A stretch of DNA of 57,224 bases, taken from positions 1-57,224 of the forward strand of contig NKPV01000002.1 of NCBI GenBank assembly GCA_002254605.1, written 5' to 3'. A program made the translations under genes and the position numbers. Below, one piece after another: positions 30,636 to 39,897 of this stretch; positions within the stretch are counted from its first letter, which is position 1, and each line of letters opens with the position of its first letter. The notes beneath the pieces were generated by a model. The model saw only the letters and a list, made by a program, of their open reading frames with translations. It searched no databases and had not been told where the DNA came from. The stretch is from Armatimonadetes bacterium JP3_11. GTDB taxonomy: Bacteria > Armatimonadota > Fimbriimonadia > Fimbriimonadales > GBS-DC.

Positions 30636-32111
30636 ATGATAGGGCGTCGCGTGTTTGGTATCGAGACTGAGTTCGGATGCTTCGTGCGGGACGAGCGCGT
30701 GGGCACTGCCGAAACGGTCGTCGAAGCGGTCAAGAACTATGTGTTCCACAAGGCGCGTCTGGGACTTATCGACCTCACTGCCCGCGATGAAGCGTTCGAA
30801 CCCGCGCGGAGCGGCGGGTTCCTGGTGAACGGAGGACGCCTCTACATCGATGCGGTGGGCAGCCACTTAGAGTATGCGACCCCCGAATGCGCCAGTTTGT
30901 TCGATATCGTCGCCCACGAGAAGGCAGGACAGCGAATCGTCTACAATACGCTCAAACAGATGAACTGGGATGAGCGCGTTAGCTTCCATAATAATAATGT
31001 CGACCACTTCGCAGGGCATACCTTCGGTTGCCACGAGAACTACCTCGTACGCACCGATGACCGCCTCCCCAGCGATTGGCACAAACTTGTGCTGCCGTTT
31101 CTAACCACGCGCCAGATTTTCGCGGGCGCAGGGCGCGTGGGTGGGCATCGGCTCGAACACGCGGGGTTCCGCCCTTCCCTCTCCGATGTCGCTGACCACC
31201 CAATTGACTTCATCTGGGTCTCCAATGTCTATAATGTAGAGCCAGACCCAACGGTGCAGTATCAGTTATCGCAACGCGCCGATCACATCGTGCGCGAGAA
31301 CGCTTCGCGCGTGCGCTTTAACCGCGCCATCATCAACCCCAAGTGGGATAGTGTGTACGGCTACCAGAACTATCAGCGGCTGCACTTGCTTTTTGGCGAG
31401 GGCAACATGAGCGAGTACGCCACCGCATTGAAAATTGGAACGACCTGCCTCGTGTTAGACCTCGCCGAAGCCCGCGCACTCCCCAACTGGCTCCGCCTGC
31501 AGGACACCTTACACACCCTCAAGAGCATCTCGCGCGACCCGACACGCAAATGGATTGTTACTTTGCTGGACGGCAGCACGATTTCCGCTATAGACTTACA
31601 GCGCGCCTATCTGCAACTGGCGCAGAAACGCTTCGCCGGGCGCGACCCCGAAACCGATTGGGTGCTGCACGAGTGGGAGTATGTGTTGGATACCTTAGAG
31701 ACCGACCCCGAAAAACTCGAAGACCGTATCGACTGGCTCATCAAACTCAAAATCCTGCGGGAATATATGGAAGATACGGGCGCGCAGTGGGGCGACGACG
31801 CACTGCATTCGATCGATCTGGAGTACCACAACATCAACCCCGAGCAAGGACTCTACTATGCCCTGCAGCAAATGGGCGAAGTGGTGCGTGTAGTGGACGA
31901 TGTGCAGATCGACGCGAGCGTAACCACACCACCCGCCGACACCCGCGCCAACGCACGGGGCTATGTCATCAAAAAGCTCGCTGAGCGACGCTATAACCGC
32001 TACTACATCGACTGGGACATCGTCTATGTAGATCGCAATCGCCAAGTCGACATGCGCGACCCGTTCAACACCTACACACGCGAAGCGGAGCGGTTCGTGA
32101 TAATGCTGTAA
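30636..32111 (+). CDS. Pup-ligase/deamidase family protein (PafA/Dop homologue)
   Basis: It aligns by eye along its whole length with M. tuberculosis PafA: M.RR..GIETEFG, NGGRLYIDAVGSHLEYATPEC, GCHENYLV, LPFLTTRQIFAGAGRV, LSQRADHI, RLHLLFGEGNMSEYA, IDWLIK.KIL, DLEYHNI. About 30 extra residues follow GAGRV (nt ~31146-31256). Confidence 0.85.
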   Translation: MIGRRVFGIETEFGCFVRDERVGTAETVVEAVKNYVFHKARLGLIDLTARDEAFEPARSGGFLVNGGRLYIDAVGSHLEYATPECASLFDIVAHEKAGQRIVYNTLKQMNWDERVSFHNNNVDHFAGHTFGCHENYLVRTDDRLPSDWHKLVLPFLTTRQIFAGAGRVGGHRLEHAGFRPSLSDVADHPIDFIWVSNVYNVEPDPTVQYQLSQRADHIVRENASRVRFNRAIINPKWDSVYGYQNYQRLHLLFGEGNMSEYATALKIGTTCLVLDLAEARALPNWLRLQDTLHTLKSISRDPTRKWIVTLLDGSTISAIDLQRAYLQLAQKRFAGRDPETDWVLHEWEYVLDTLETDPEKLEDRIDWLIKLKILREYMEDTGAQWGDDALHSIDLEYHNINPEQGLYYALQQMGEVVRVVDDVQIDASVTTPPADTRANARGYVIKKLAERRYNRYYIDWDIVYVDRNRQVDMRDPFNTYTREAERFVIML

Positions 32112-32186
32112 TCGCGCCCAAATCCACCCGATGATTCTGGGAGGCTGAACACAAGCGCCTCTACACCTTCTCTCCCTACGAATGGG

Positions 32187-32192
32187 TACAAT
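32187..32192 (+). promoter_or_regulatory. -10 element (gggTACAAT) of gcvH-gcvPA
   Basis: aatGGGTACAATcatgacacGGAGGcaatcctATG. Confidence 0.4.
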
Positions 32193-32212
32193 CATGACAC
32201 GGAGGCAATCCT

Positions 32213-32593
32213 ATGCAGATACCTGCAGAGCTGCGCTACACACGAAGCGACGAATGGGTGCGAATCGAGGGCGATGTGGCGACCATCGGCATCACCGACT
32301 ACGCGCAATCCGAACTCGGCGATATCGTGTTTCTGGAACTGCCCGAACCCGGACGCTACCTACAAACCGACGAGACCTTCGGCGTCATCGAGTCGGTCAA
32401 AGCCGCATCCGACCTGTACGCTCCTGTGGAAGGCGAAGTGATCGAGGTCAACGAATCGCTCCAAACCGCGCTGGAAACGATTAACCAAGACCCCTACGGC
32501 AAAGGCTGGATGATCAAAATCCGCATGAACGACCCCAGCCAAGCCGAAAGCCTGATGAGCGCGGAAGAGTATAAAAACTATCGTCAACTCTGA
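32213..32593 (+). CDS. gcvH: Glycine cleavage system H protein
   Basis: Y...EW....G....GITDYAQ and the lipoyl-lysine motif ESVKAASD. Confidence 0.95.
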   Translation: MQIPAELRYTRSDEWVRIEGDVATIGITDYAQSELGDIVFLELPEPGRYLQTDETFGVIESVKAASDLYAPVEGEVIEVNESLQTALETINQDPYGKGWMIKIRMNDPSQAESLMSAEEYKNYRQL

Positions 32594-32601
32594 GGTTAGC
32601 G

Positions 32602-33957
32602 ATGCGCTATATTCCACACACAGAACAAGATATTCAACAGATGCTGGAGGCGATCGGCGTCGCCTCGATACGCGAACTGTTCCAAGACATTCCCGACGAC
32701 CTATATATCGAGGGTGGGCTGCCCGTGCCCCCCGCGTTAGACGAGCATGCCCTGTTCAAACGCCTGAGCCAACTCGCCGCGCAGAACGCCAACAGCACCG
32801 AATGGATAAGCTTTCTGGGCGCAGGCGCGTATGACCATTTTATTCCAGCAGTGGTCGGCGCGATTATCAGTCGTGGCGAATTTCTCAGTGCCTATACACC
32901 CTACCAGCCCGAAGCGAGCCAAGGCTTGCTGCAGAGCATCTTCGAGTTCCAGACGATGGTCTGCGAACTGACGGGGATGGATGTGGCGAACGCTTCGATG
33001 TACGACGCCTCCACTGCGCTTGCCGAGTCGGCGCTGATGGCGTGCACCATCACGGGGCGCTCCAAAGTGCTGGTGTCGCAGGCGGTGCATCCACACTATC
33101 GGCAGGTACTGCGTACCTACCTATGGACGAACAGCCGCCAACTGGTGGAAATTCCCACGCGCGACGGGATCACTGACGCGGACGCGCTTGCCGCCGCAGT
33201 GGACGACGCGACCGCCTGCGCGATTGTGCAGTATCCCAACTTCTTCGGCTTAATTGAGCCGCTTGCCCCTGTGTCAGAATCAGCGCATCGGGTGGGCGCA
33301 CTCGCAATCGCGTGCGTCGACCCGATTGCGCTGGGCGTGCTGAAACCGCCTGGCGACTACGACCTCGATATCGTGGTCGGCGAGGGGCAAGGGCTGGGCA
33401 ACGCGATGGGCTTCGGCGGTCCGATGCTGGGGCTGTTCGCCTGCAAGCAAGAGCATCTGCGACGCATTCCAGGGCGCATCGTCGGGCAGACCACCGACGC
33501 CGAGGGCAGACGCGGCTTCGTGATGACCCTGCGCACCCGCGAGCAGGACATCCGCCGCGAGAAAGCCACCTCCAATATCTGCACCAACGAGGCGCTGTGC
33601 GCCTTAGCCAGTACGGTGTTCATGGCGTCGCTGGGCAAGCAAGGCTTCCGCGAACTCTCCGAAACCTGCACCCAAAAAGCGCACTACGCGGCGCAACTGC
33701 TCACGCAGACCCCAGGCGTGCGCCTCAGGTACCCCGATACGCCGTTTTACAAAGAGTTCGTGCTGGAATTGCCCCGCACCGCGCAAGCGGTCTGCGAGGC
33801 GTTGCTGGAGCATCGGATTCTGGCAGGGCTGCCGCTGGGCATCTACGACGCCACGATGGAGAACGACCTCCTGGTGTGCGTCACCGAAACACGCACACGC
33901 GAGGAGATAGAGACCTTCGCTGACGCGTTGCACACCGTACTGGCGCGGGGCAAGTAG
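32602..33957 (+). CDS. gcvPA: Glycine dehydrogenase (decarboxylating) subunit 1
   Basis: MRYIPHT..D...ML, FLGAG.YDH.IP, YTPYQPE.SQG.LQ..FE.Q. Confidence 0.95.
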   Translation: MRYIPHTEQDIQQMLEAIGVASIRELFQDIPDDLYIEGGLPVPPALDEHALFKRLSQLAAQNANSTEWISFLGAGAYDHFIPAVVGAIISRGEFLSAYTPYQPEASQGLLQSIFEFQTMVCELTGMDVANASMYDASTALAESALMACTITGRSKVLVSQAVHPHYRQVLRTYLWTNSRQLVEIPTRDGITDADALAAAVDDATACAIVQYPNFFGLIEPLAPVSESAHRVGALAIACVDPIALGVLKPPGDYDLDIVVGEGQGLGNAMGFGGPMLGLFACKQEHLRRIPGRIVGQTTDAEGRRGFVMTLRTREQDIRREKATSNICTNEALCALASTVFMASLGKQGFRELSETCTQKAHYAAQLLTQTPGVRLRYPDTPFYKEFVLELPRTAQAVCEALLEHRILAGLPLGIYDATMENDLLVCVTETRTREEIETFADALHTVLARGK

Positions 33958-33964
33958 GAGATTG

Positions 33965-33990
33965 GGCAGAGAGGCGCTTGCCCCTCTGCC
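33965..33990. terminator. Hairpin between convergent gcvPA and the 34003 gene
   Basis: ggcagagagg-cgcttg-cccctctgcc pairs 9 of 10 bp. There is no U-tract. Confidence 0.35.
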
Positions 33991-34002
33991 AAGCGAAGGC
34001 GA

Positions 34003-34632
34003 TTACCGCTCAAACGAGAACGGCGCGCCTAACATCCGCTGCCACTGAGCGCGTTGCTGCGCGGTCAAGACCGCCAGAATCTGCTGGTTCACCTTTTCGC
34101 GCAGCTGCTGCTTCTGGAACTCCCGTTCGTGTTTGCGTACCCCTTTGAGGCTGTACTCTGCTTCCCGCGCGGCGGCGGCTGCGATTTCGCGGATGCGACT
34201 CTGCTGCGCTGCGCTCAAACCGACACGGCGTGCAACTTCGGGGTTCACCAGGCTCAACGCGCCGTTCCATTGCAGCTCCAGCTGGAACAAGCGGGCGCGT
34301 TGCTGCGCCGTTAGCGCCTGACGCTCGTCATAACGACGCGCTAACTCGCGCTTGCGCTGTTCATACGCCTCCCACGACAACCGCGCCTCGCGCAAACGAC
34401 GCTCCTCGTACTTGCGTTGCTGATGTATCTGATCAATCCGATACATCTGTTCTGAAGTGATTCCCAGCTCTTGACGCACATCCCAACGCTTGAGAAACTT
34501 ATGCCCTGTGGGACGCATCAGCGGTTTGAACTCATGGTGATACTCATCGGGTGTCCAGCCGTGCTGGGAATAGCTCCATACCCAAACAAGCCCCAGCGCT
34601 GCCAAAGCAGCTCCTCTGATTAAGTGTCTCAT
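34003..34632 (-). CDS. Secreted Spy/CpxP-like (LTxxQ-motif) helical protein
   Basis: The start was chosen at MRHLIRGAALAALGLVWVWS (signal peptide). Repeated motifs are LTAQQRARL, LSAAQQSRI and LTAQQRAQW. Confidence 0.55.
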   Translation of the reverse strand: MRHLIRGAALAALGLVWVWSYSQHGWTPDEYHHEFKPLMRPTGHKFLKRWDVRQELGITSEQMYRIDQIHQQRKYEERRLREARLSWEAYEQRKRELARRYDERQALTAQQRARLFQLELQWNGALSLVNPEVARRVGLSAAQQSRIREIAAAAAREAEYSLKGVRKHEREFQKQQLREKVNQQILAVLTAQQRAQWQRMLGAPFSFER

Positions 34633-34772
34633 AGTTGTATCTACGCGGGGGGAGCGTTCGAGTTCCCGCTCTGTAGTAAGCCCGCCCGGTAGGAATCGCC
34701 CTCGTGGCGTTGTACTCAAACAGTAGAAAATGATACGCTCCCTCACTGGTGGAAACGAGATGCCCGCAATTG

Positions 34773-36143
34773 CTACCCAAACAAGATGAGTTTGGCGATA
34801 ATGAAGTAGATCATTAGTCCTGCGGCGTCGATGAGCGTTGTGATAAAGGGCGCGGACATTACGGCAGGGTCGATATTGAGTCGTTTCGCTAGTAGGGGCA
34901 GCGCCGCGCCGATGGTGGTCGCCATCGCAATAATCGCCATCTGGCTCAGCCCGACGGTCAGCGCCAGTTCCATGCGTACCTGAGCCTCTTTTTGGGGCGT
35001 CCAGATATAGGCGTTCACAACACCGACCACACCAATCAGCAAGCCCAGAATGAGCCCTGTCACCATCTCACGCCCCATCACTTTCAGCACCTGATTGAGG
35101 CGTACCTCGCCCAACGCCAACGCGCGAGTAATGGTGGTGGTGGTCTGGGCACCGGCGTTGCCCCCCGTGCCAATCAGCAACGGGATAAACCACGCGAGCG
35201 CCGACATCTGCTGAATCTCCTCATCGTAATGGCGCAGCACGGTGCCTGTGAGGCGCTCCGCCAGAAAGAGTAGAATCAGCCACCGCACCCGCTTACGCAC
35301 CAGATCCCACGGCGACTGGCGCATATAAGGCTCTTCGGTCGCCTCCACGCCGCCGAGTTTCAACACATCTTCAGTGCTCTCGCTCACCAGGATATCCACC
35401 ACATCGTCGACCGTCACGATGCCCAACATCCGCCCCAACTCGTCTACCACAGGCACCGCCAGCAGGTCATATTTCGAGAGCAGATTAGCGACTTCCTCTT
35501 GGTCGGTGTCTGGCTGCACCACGATAGGTTCGGACTCCATAATCTGCTCGATGCGTTTGCTGGGGTCGCTGATGACCACATCGCGCAGCGAACAGACGCC
35601 CACCAGTCGCTGGCGGTTGTCTACAACATACAGGTAGTAGATGGTCTCGATTTCGCTGCCCACTTGACGCAGGTAGTCGAGGGTCATCTCCACCGTCCAG
35701 TCGGGTCGGACGCGCACATATTGGCGCACCATCAGGCGCCCTGCGGTGTTTTCGGGGTACTCCAGCAGTTCGCGCACCTCGCGGGCTTCGGGCGGCGCCA
35801 TCTGTTGGAGCAGCGCCTCGGCTTTCGCCTCATCGAGCTCGTCGATAATCTGTGCAGCGTCGTCGGCAGGAATCAGTTGCAGTAAGCGGGCGGCTTTCTC
35901 GATAGGAATATGCTCGAAAATCTCGTCCACAAGGCTCGGATCGAGGTACTCGATGACTTCGGACGCCACGCGCTCGTCCATTTGCATCAGGGCGAGTGCT
36001 TGCTCTTGAGGAGTCTCCATCAGCGAGAGTGCTTCAGCAAGGTCTTGCGGCGCGTAGGCTTCTAAGAGCTGTTGCAGCGCGCCGTCAGGCTGCTGTAGCG
36101 CCTCACGCAGTTCCTGAAGTAACGCTTCCGTGCGGTTGCCCAT
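34773..36143 (-). CDS. mgtE: Magnesium transporter MgtE
   Basis: N-domain, tandem CBS domains, and a C-terminal TM domain with GNAGAQ and PFITTLIDAAGL. The start is at ATG 36143, 7 nt after GGAGG. Confidence 0.95.
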   Translation of the reverse strand: MGNRTEALLQELREALQQPDGALQQLLEAYAPQDLAEALSLMETPQEQALALMQMDERVASEVIEYLDPSLVDEIFEHIPIEKAARLLQLIPADDAAQIIDELDEAKAEALLQQMAPPEAREVRELLEYPENTAGRLMVRQYVRVRPDWTVEMTLDYLRQVGSEIETIYYLYVVDNRQRLVGVCSLRDVVISDPSKRIEQIMESEPIVVQPDTDQEEVANLLSKYDLLAVPVVDELGRMLGIVTVDDVVDILVSESTEDVLKLGGVEATEEPYMRQSPWDLVRKRVRWLILLFLAERLTGTVLRHYDEEIQQMSALAWFIPLLIGTGGNAGAQTTTTITRALALGEVRLNQVLKVMGREMVTGLILGLLIGVVGVVNAYIWTPQKEAQVRMELALTVGLSQMAIIAMATTIGAALPLLAKRLNIDPAVMSAPFITTLIDAAGLMIYFIIAKLILFG

Positions 36144-36183
36144 GTTATCGCCTCCTTGAGGTTCCCCCGCGCCCCAAGAAGAC

Positions 36184-36189
36184 ATTATA
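36184..36189 (-). promoter_or_regulatory. -10 element (aggTATAAT) of mgtE
   Basis: The minus strand reads tatcAGGTATAATgtcttc, about 40 nt upstream of the ATG. Confidence 0.4.
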
Positions 36190-36277
36190 CCTGATATACC
36201 CTTCCTGAATTCGGCATGCGCCTTTGCGCTCGGAGCGTCGGGTTCGCCGCAGAGTGTTCAGTGCGCTTTGGATTCGG

Positions 36278-37369
36278 TCATTCCGCGCGCAGCGAGGAAT
36301 CGCCATCCCCTGCTGCAAGCGTCGGCGTTTCCCCTGCTCCCAACGCTTCCGACACCATTTTGTGTTTGGTCGCCAGAAAGAGCATCTCCCGATTGTGGAT
36401 GTGCGAGACTTGCCCCACTTTCTCGCCGCGTGGGTTGTGAATGCCGATCAACGCGCCAACATACCGCTTATAAGGGCGTTCAAAGCACGCCACATACCCC
36501 CACTCGCCCAAGATAGCCTCCAATTCCTGACGAGTGAGGTAGCCCTCATTGTTGAAGGAGACTAAAATATGCTGCGCCTGGATTTGTGAGATGAGTCGCG
36601 CCATGGCGTCCCGTGCGCTCGCACGCGAGTTGAAGGGGCTCTTGCGGTGTTTCACATCCACGCGCTTGCGTGCCACGCCGTAGGTTTCAGGATTATCCCA
36701 CAGCACCAGCGTCTCCCACACATGGTAGTTGCCGAGATAGGAGTGTTGGTTGTAGGGCGGGTCTAAGTAGAATAGGTCGGCTTGGAGTGCGCCTGCCAGC
36801 TCCAGCGCGTCTTCCTGATACGCCTTGCCTGCCCCCGAAAGGAGCGGCGGGTACTGGAGCTGAAGGGGGTGATACGCTCGAGGCGCCCACTGCTTGAGAT
36901 ACGCCATCTGAAGCCCGGTTGTGGAATCCACCCTGTCCGCCGCGAGCATCAGACTGGTCAGCAAAATCGCACGCAGGAGGGGGTCATCGTACTGTTCGAG
37001 GGCTTCGCGAATGGCTTCGATGCGTGCGCCGTTCTCGGGGCGAAAGTAGCGCGCCTGCTCACAATAGGTCTGGGTGAACCACCCCCGCCTGGGCGGCAAC
37101 GCCATCAACGACTCCAAGATTGGCTGCACCCGCGCTGGGGGATACGCGTCCCGATTCGCTTCCACAAGGGCTTGCGCTAACACATAGGCGTAGGTGTTGT
37201 GGTCGTTGGCATAGACGAAGTAGCCGCGCGCTTTGAGCGCATGCGCCACCCGCGCGCTGCCCGAAAATAGGTCAGCGATGCTTCGTACCGGCGCAAGCGC
37301 ACTCACGCGATGCACAACGCTCGCAATCCAGCCCACCAAAGCACGCTTTGAACCAAGATACTTAATCAT
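36278..37369 (-). CDS. D12-class N6-adenine DNA methyltransferase (Dam-like fold), orphan
   Basis: MIKYLGSKR (the Y.GSK motif), SAM-binding DLFSGSARV, and catalytic LDPPY. An alternative TTG start at 37441 overlaps the upstream stop. Confidence 0.8.
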   Translation of the reverse strand: MIKYLGSKRALVGWIASVVHRVSALAPVRSIADLFSGSARVAHALKARGYFVYANDHNTYAYVLAQALVEANRDAYPPARVQPILESLMALPPRRGWFTQTYCEQARYFRPENGARIEAIREALEQYDDPLLRAILLTSLMLAADRVDSTTGLQMAYLKQWAPRAYHPLQLQYPPLLSGAGKAYQEDALELAGALQADLFYLDPPYNQHSYLGNYHVWETLVLWDNPETYGVARKRVDVKHRKSPFNSRASARDAMARLISQIQAQHILVSFNNEGYLTRQELEAILGEWGYVACFERPYKRYVGALIGIHNPRGEKVGQVSHIHNREMLFLATKHKMVSEALGAGETPTLAAGDGDSSLRAE

Positions 37370-37437
37370 GCGTCGCGCGGAGTAGGGCTCCTTGCCCCGC
37401 TTGAGTCGCCGCAACAGAAGTAAGTGGGCAAAATCCC

Positions 37438-38487
37438 TCAAACCTCGCCGACTTGCGCCGCCAGCGTGTTGAGGATACGCCGACGATAATCCAGATAGAC
37501 ATCCTTCTCACGTGCGTAGTAGACATGGTTCGTCAACAAGATGACCGCCATCTCCACCTGGGGGTCAAACAGGATGACGGTTCCTGTAAAGCCGGAGTGT
37601 CCGACGCAGCGCGTTGGGAACAGGTCGCCGCGCGGCAGCATCGGGTTCGGATGCGCAAACAGCCCTATCGTGTGCATGCTGGGCGGCTGGTTGCCAATCT
37701 GCGCCTGGGGCGTAAGCAGCAGCTGCACCGAGTAATACGAAAGCAACGGTCGTCCGCCGCTAAGCACCATCCGGGCATAGCGGATTAGGTCTTCCAGAGT
37801 GCCAAATAGCCCTGCGTGCCCCGCAACGCCTCCCATCGCTGCTGCGTTCTCGTCATGCACCTCGCCGCGCAGCACCTTCTGTGGGCGACTTTCGGAGTTT
37901 CCTGTGGGGGCGATACGTGCTTGCATCTCGGCAGGTGGGCAATAGCCCGTCGCCTGCAGCCCTAATGGCTCGACGATTTTCGTGCGGAACAGTTCCGCCT
38001 GCGACTGCTCGTACACCTGCTCCAAAATCGCACCCATCAGGATATAGCCAAGGTCGCTGTAGGTATAGCCCTGTGCGGGAGGGCGTGTGCGGGGTGTGTT
38101 CAGCACCGCCTGCAAAACCGCCTCACGCGAGTCGGCGACCTGATAAAGCGCTCGCCACGCAGGCAGCCCCGAGGTGTGCGTCAGCAACTGCTTCACCGAC
38201 ACGCCCTTCAGATGGCTCGCTTCGGGGAAAAAGTGGGTGACGGGGGTTTCCAGCGTCAGTTTGCCCTCCTCCAGCGCGATGAGGGCAAGCGTCGCTGTGC
38301 TGATTGGCTTGGTTAGCGACGCAAGGTCATACACGGTGGTCGGGCTGGCTTCCATCTCCGCTTCGGGGTCGGGCTTGCCAAACGCACCGTGATACTTTAC
38401 ACGCCCGCCCAACAGCACCGCGCACACCGCGCTGGGCATAACTTGACGCTCAATCGCCTCGTGAATCACTTTCTCAACGGTCGGCAT
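37438..38487 (-). CDS. Serine hydrolase of the beta-lactamase/PBP (class C-like) family
   Basis: S-x-x-K motif (ASLTKPI), a YSD motif (YTYSDLGY) and an HSG motif (VGHSGFTG). The start is at ATG 38487 after AGGAG. Confidence 0.8.
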   Translation of the reverse strand: MPTVEKVIHEAIERQVMPSAVCAVLLGGRVKYHGAFGKPDPEAEMEASPTTVYDLASLTKPISTATLALIALEEGKLTLETPVTHFFPEASHLKGVSVKQLLTHTSGLPAWRALYQVADSREAVLQAVLNTPRTRPPAQGYTYSDLGYILMGAILEQVYEQSQAELFRTKIVEPLGLQATGYCPPAEMQARIAPTGNSESRPQKVLRGEVHDENAAAMGGVAGHAGLFGTLEDLIRYARMVLSGGRPLLSYYSVQLLLTPQAQIGNQPPSMHTIGLFAHPNPMLPRGDLFPTRCVGHSGFTGTVILFDPQVEMAVILLTNHVYYAREKDVYLDYRRRILNTLAAQVGEV

Positions 38488-38498
38488 CGTTCTGGCTC

Positions 38499-39713
38499 CT
38501 ATCTTCCAAAAGGGTATGAGTTCACCTCGTGGGCAATCTGTTGTAGATAGGCTTCGCTGACACCGCTTTGGGTAATGGCGTCGTAGGAGAATAGGCTGAA
38601 CCCGCGCGCGCCGCTGCGCCGTATCGCCCGAATCTTGTTGAGGGTGCTTTCGGGTGAGACCTGCCATGCGCCCACGCCCACAATAACGGGACGCCCCTGC
38701 GCCTCACTGACCACGCGCATCGCCTGGCGCTGCACCACCGCCGTGTCTTTATCATACGCCATCGGCAGTACCGTATCCAGCCAGTCGCTGCGCAGCCAGT
38801 AAAGCCAGTCCTGCAGCTTGTGCTTCGCCGCCAGCTCTGGTTGGGGCCACACCGCCGCCGAGAGAATCAGGTTCGGGTTCAAGTAGCGCGATTGACGGCT
38901 GAATGCGCGTACGAACGCATTCACCTGATCGCGTCGCCAGTCGCTCCACTCCGCAGGAAATGCCTGAATCCACGCCAAGGGGTTACTTCGGGCAGCGCTG
39001 CGGTCTAACGCGGCGCGGCGCGCCTCCGGCACGCGCTCCCACATCGCCTCCCGAAAACGCGCCCGACACCCCGCACAATAGCAGTAGCCCTCGTACGGAT
39101 AACGCACATAGTCCAAATGAATCCCGTCCAGTTGTGGATAGCGTTGCGCTACCTCGGCGAACACCTTCAGCAGGTGCGCCCGCACATTCGGGTTGCCGGG
39201 ACACAGATAAACACCCTCCACCTTGCCCGCCGTGGTCATCTGATAGCGGTCCCTGGCGTCACGAGCAATCCAACTTGGGCTGCGGCGAATCACATGCAGC
39301 CCACTGCGCGGCTTACGCGACTGGCTCCACACATAGAACACATTGAGCCATGCGTGTACCTGCAGCCCTGAGCCCTCCGCGCAGCGCAGAAGATAGCCTA
39401 ACGGGTCGAAATCGGCGGGCTGGCTCATGAGCGCCTCCGCACGCGGCTCATAACTGGAACGGTAATAAGCGTCACCACGACCACGCACCTGCACAAAAAG
39501 CGCATTGAAGCCATAGCGCGCCGACAATGCAACCACCCGTTCGATGGAGTCCGCAGAGACCAACGAAGTGCGCACCACCCACAGGGCGCGCGTCTCCTCA
39601 GGCAAACGATGTCGGGCTGTGATGTGCATCGATACTGAATTTCGGCGTATCGTCGCGGATTCCTGTTCGTGCAGGACAAAATCCCTGTTCACCAAAAACG
39701 GTGTCATGAGCAC
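38499..39713 (-). CDS. Glycoside-hydrolase-like family 10 (GHL10/YngK/UPF0748) protein
   Basis: RALWV...NALFVQVRGRGDAYY.S..EP and DGIHLDYVRYP. The start is GTG 39713 or ATG 39707. There is no obvious signal peptide. Confidence 0.7.
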   Translation of the reverse strand: MLMTPFLVNRDFVLHEQESATIRRNSVSMHITARHRLPEETRALWVVRTSLVSADSIERVVALSARYGFNALFVQVRGRGDAYYRSSYEPRAEALMSQPADFDPLGYLLRCAEGSGLQVHAWLNVFYVWSQSRKPRSGLHVIRRSPSWIARDARDRYQMTTAGKVEGVYLCPGNPNVRAHLLKVFAEVAQRYPQLDGIHLDYVRYPYEGYCYCAGCRARFREAMWERVPEARRAALDRSAARSNPLAWIQAFPAEWSDWRRDQVNAFVRAFSRQSRYLNPNLILSAAVWPQPELAAKHKLQDWLYWLRSDWLDTVLPMAYDKDTAVVQRQAMRVVSEAQGRPVIVGVGAWQVSPESTLNKIRAIRRSGARGFSLFSYDAITQSGVSEAYLQQIAHEVNSYPFGR

Positions 39714-39897
39714 AGCCGTACGGCAGTTTGCTTAGCTATGCTAAATTCTGCGCGACCCCACCCAAAATTCGCGCTTGAGTTCAAAGGGGAGAGTGGAAAC
39801 CCCTAAGGAGTGGCGCCGTGCCTGCTGCGCATCATCGCGAACAAAAGCGCTTTGCGTGTTCCCTGCAGGACGGGGGGAGACAGCCCATCAAGTGAGT

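Noticed and set aside
32112-32212. Glycine riboswitch upstream of gcvH (and upstream of gcvPB at 21466-21523).
   Set aside because: The -10 boxes leave leaders of only about 15 nt (gcvH) and about 2 nt (gcvPB). No tandem glycine aptamer consensus is visible.
36144-36277. M-box (Mg2+) riboswitch upstream of mgtE.
   Set aside because: The AGGTATAAT -10 at 36184-36189 leaves a leader of only about 35-40 nt that contains the SD. This is too short for the ~160-nt M-box, and I saw no conserved M-box blocks.
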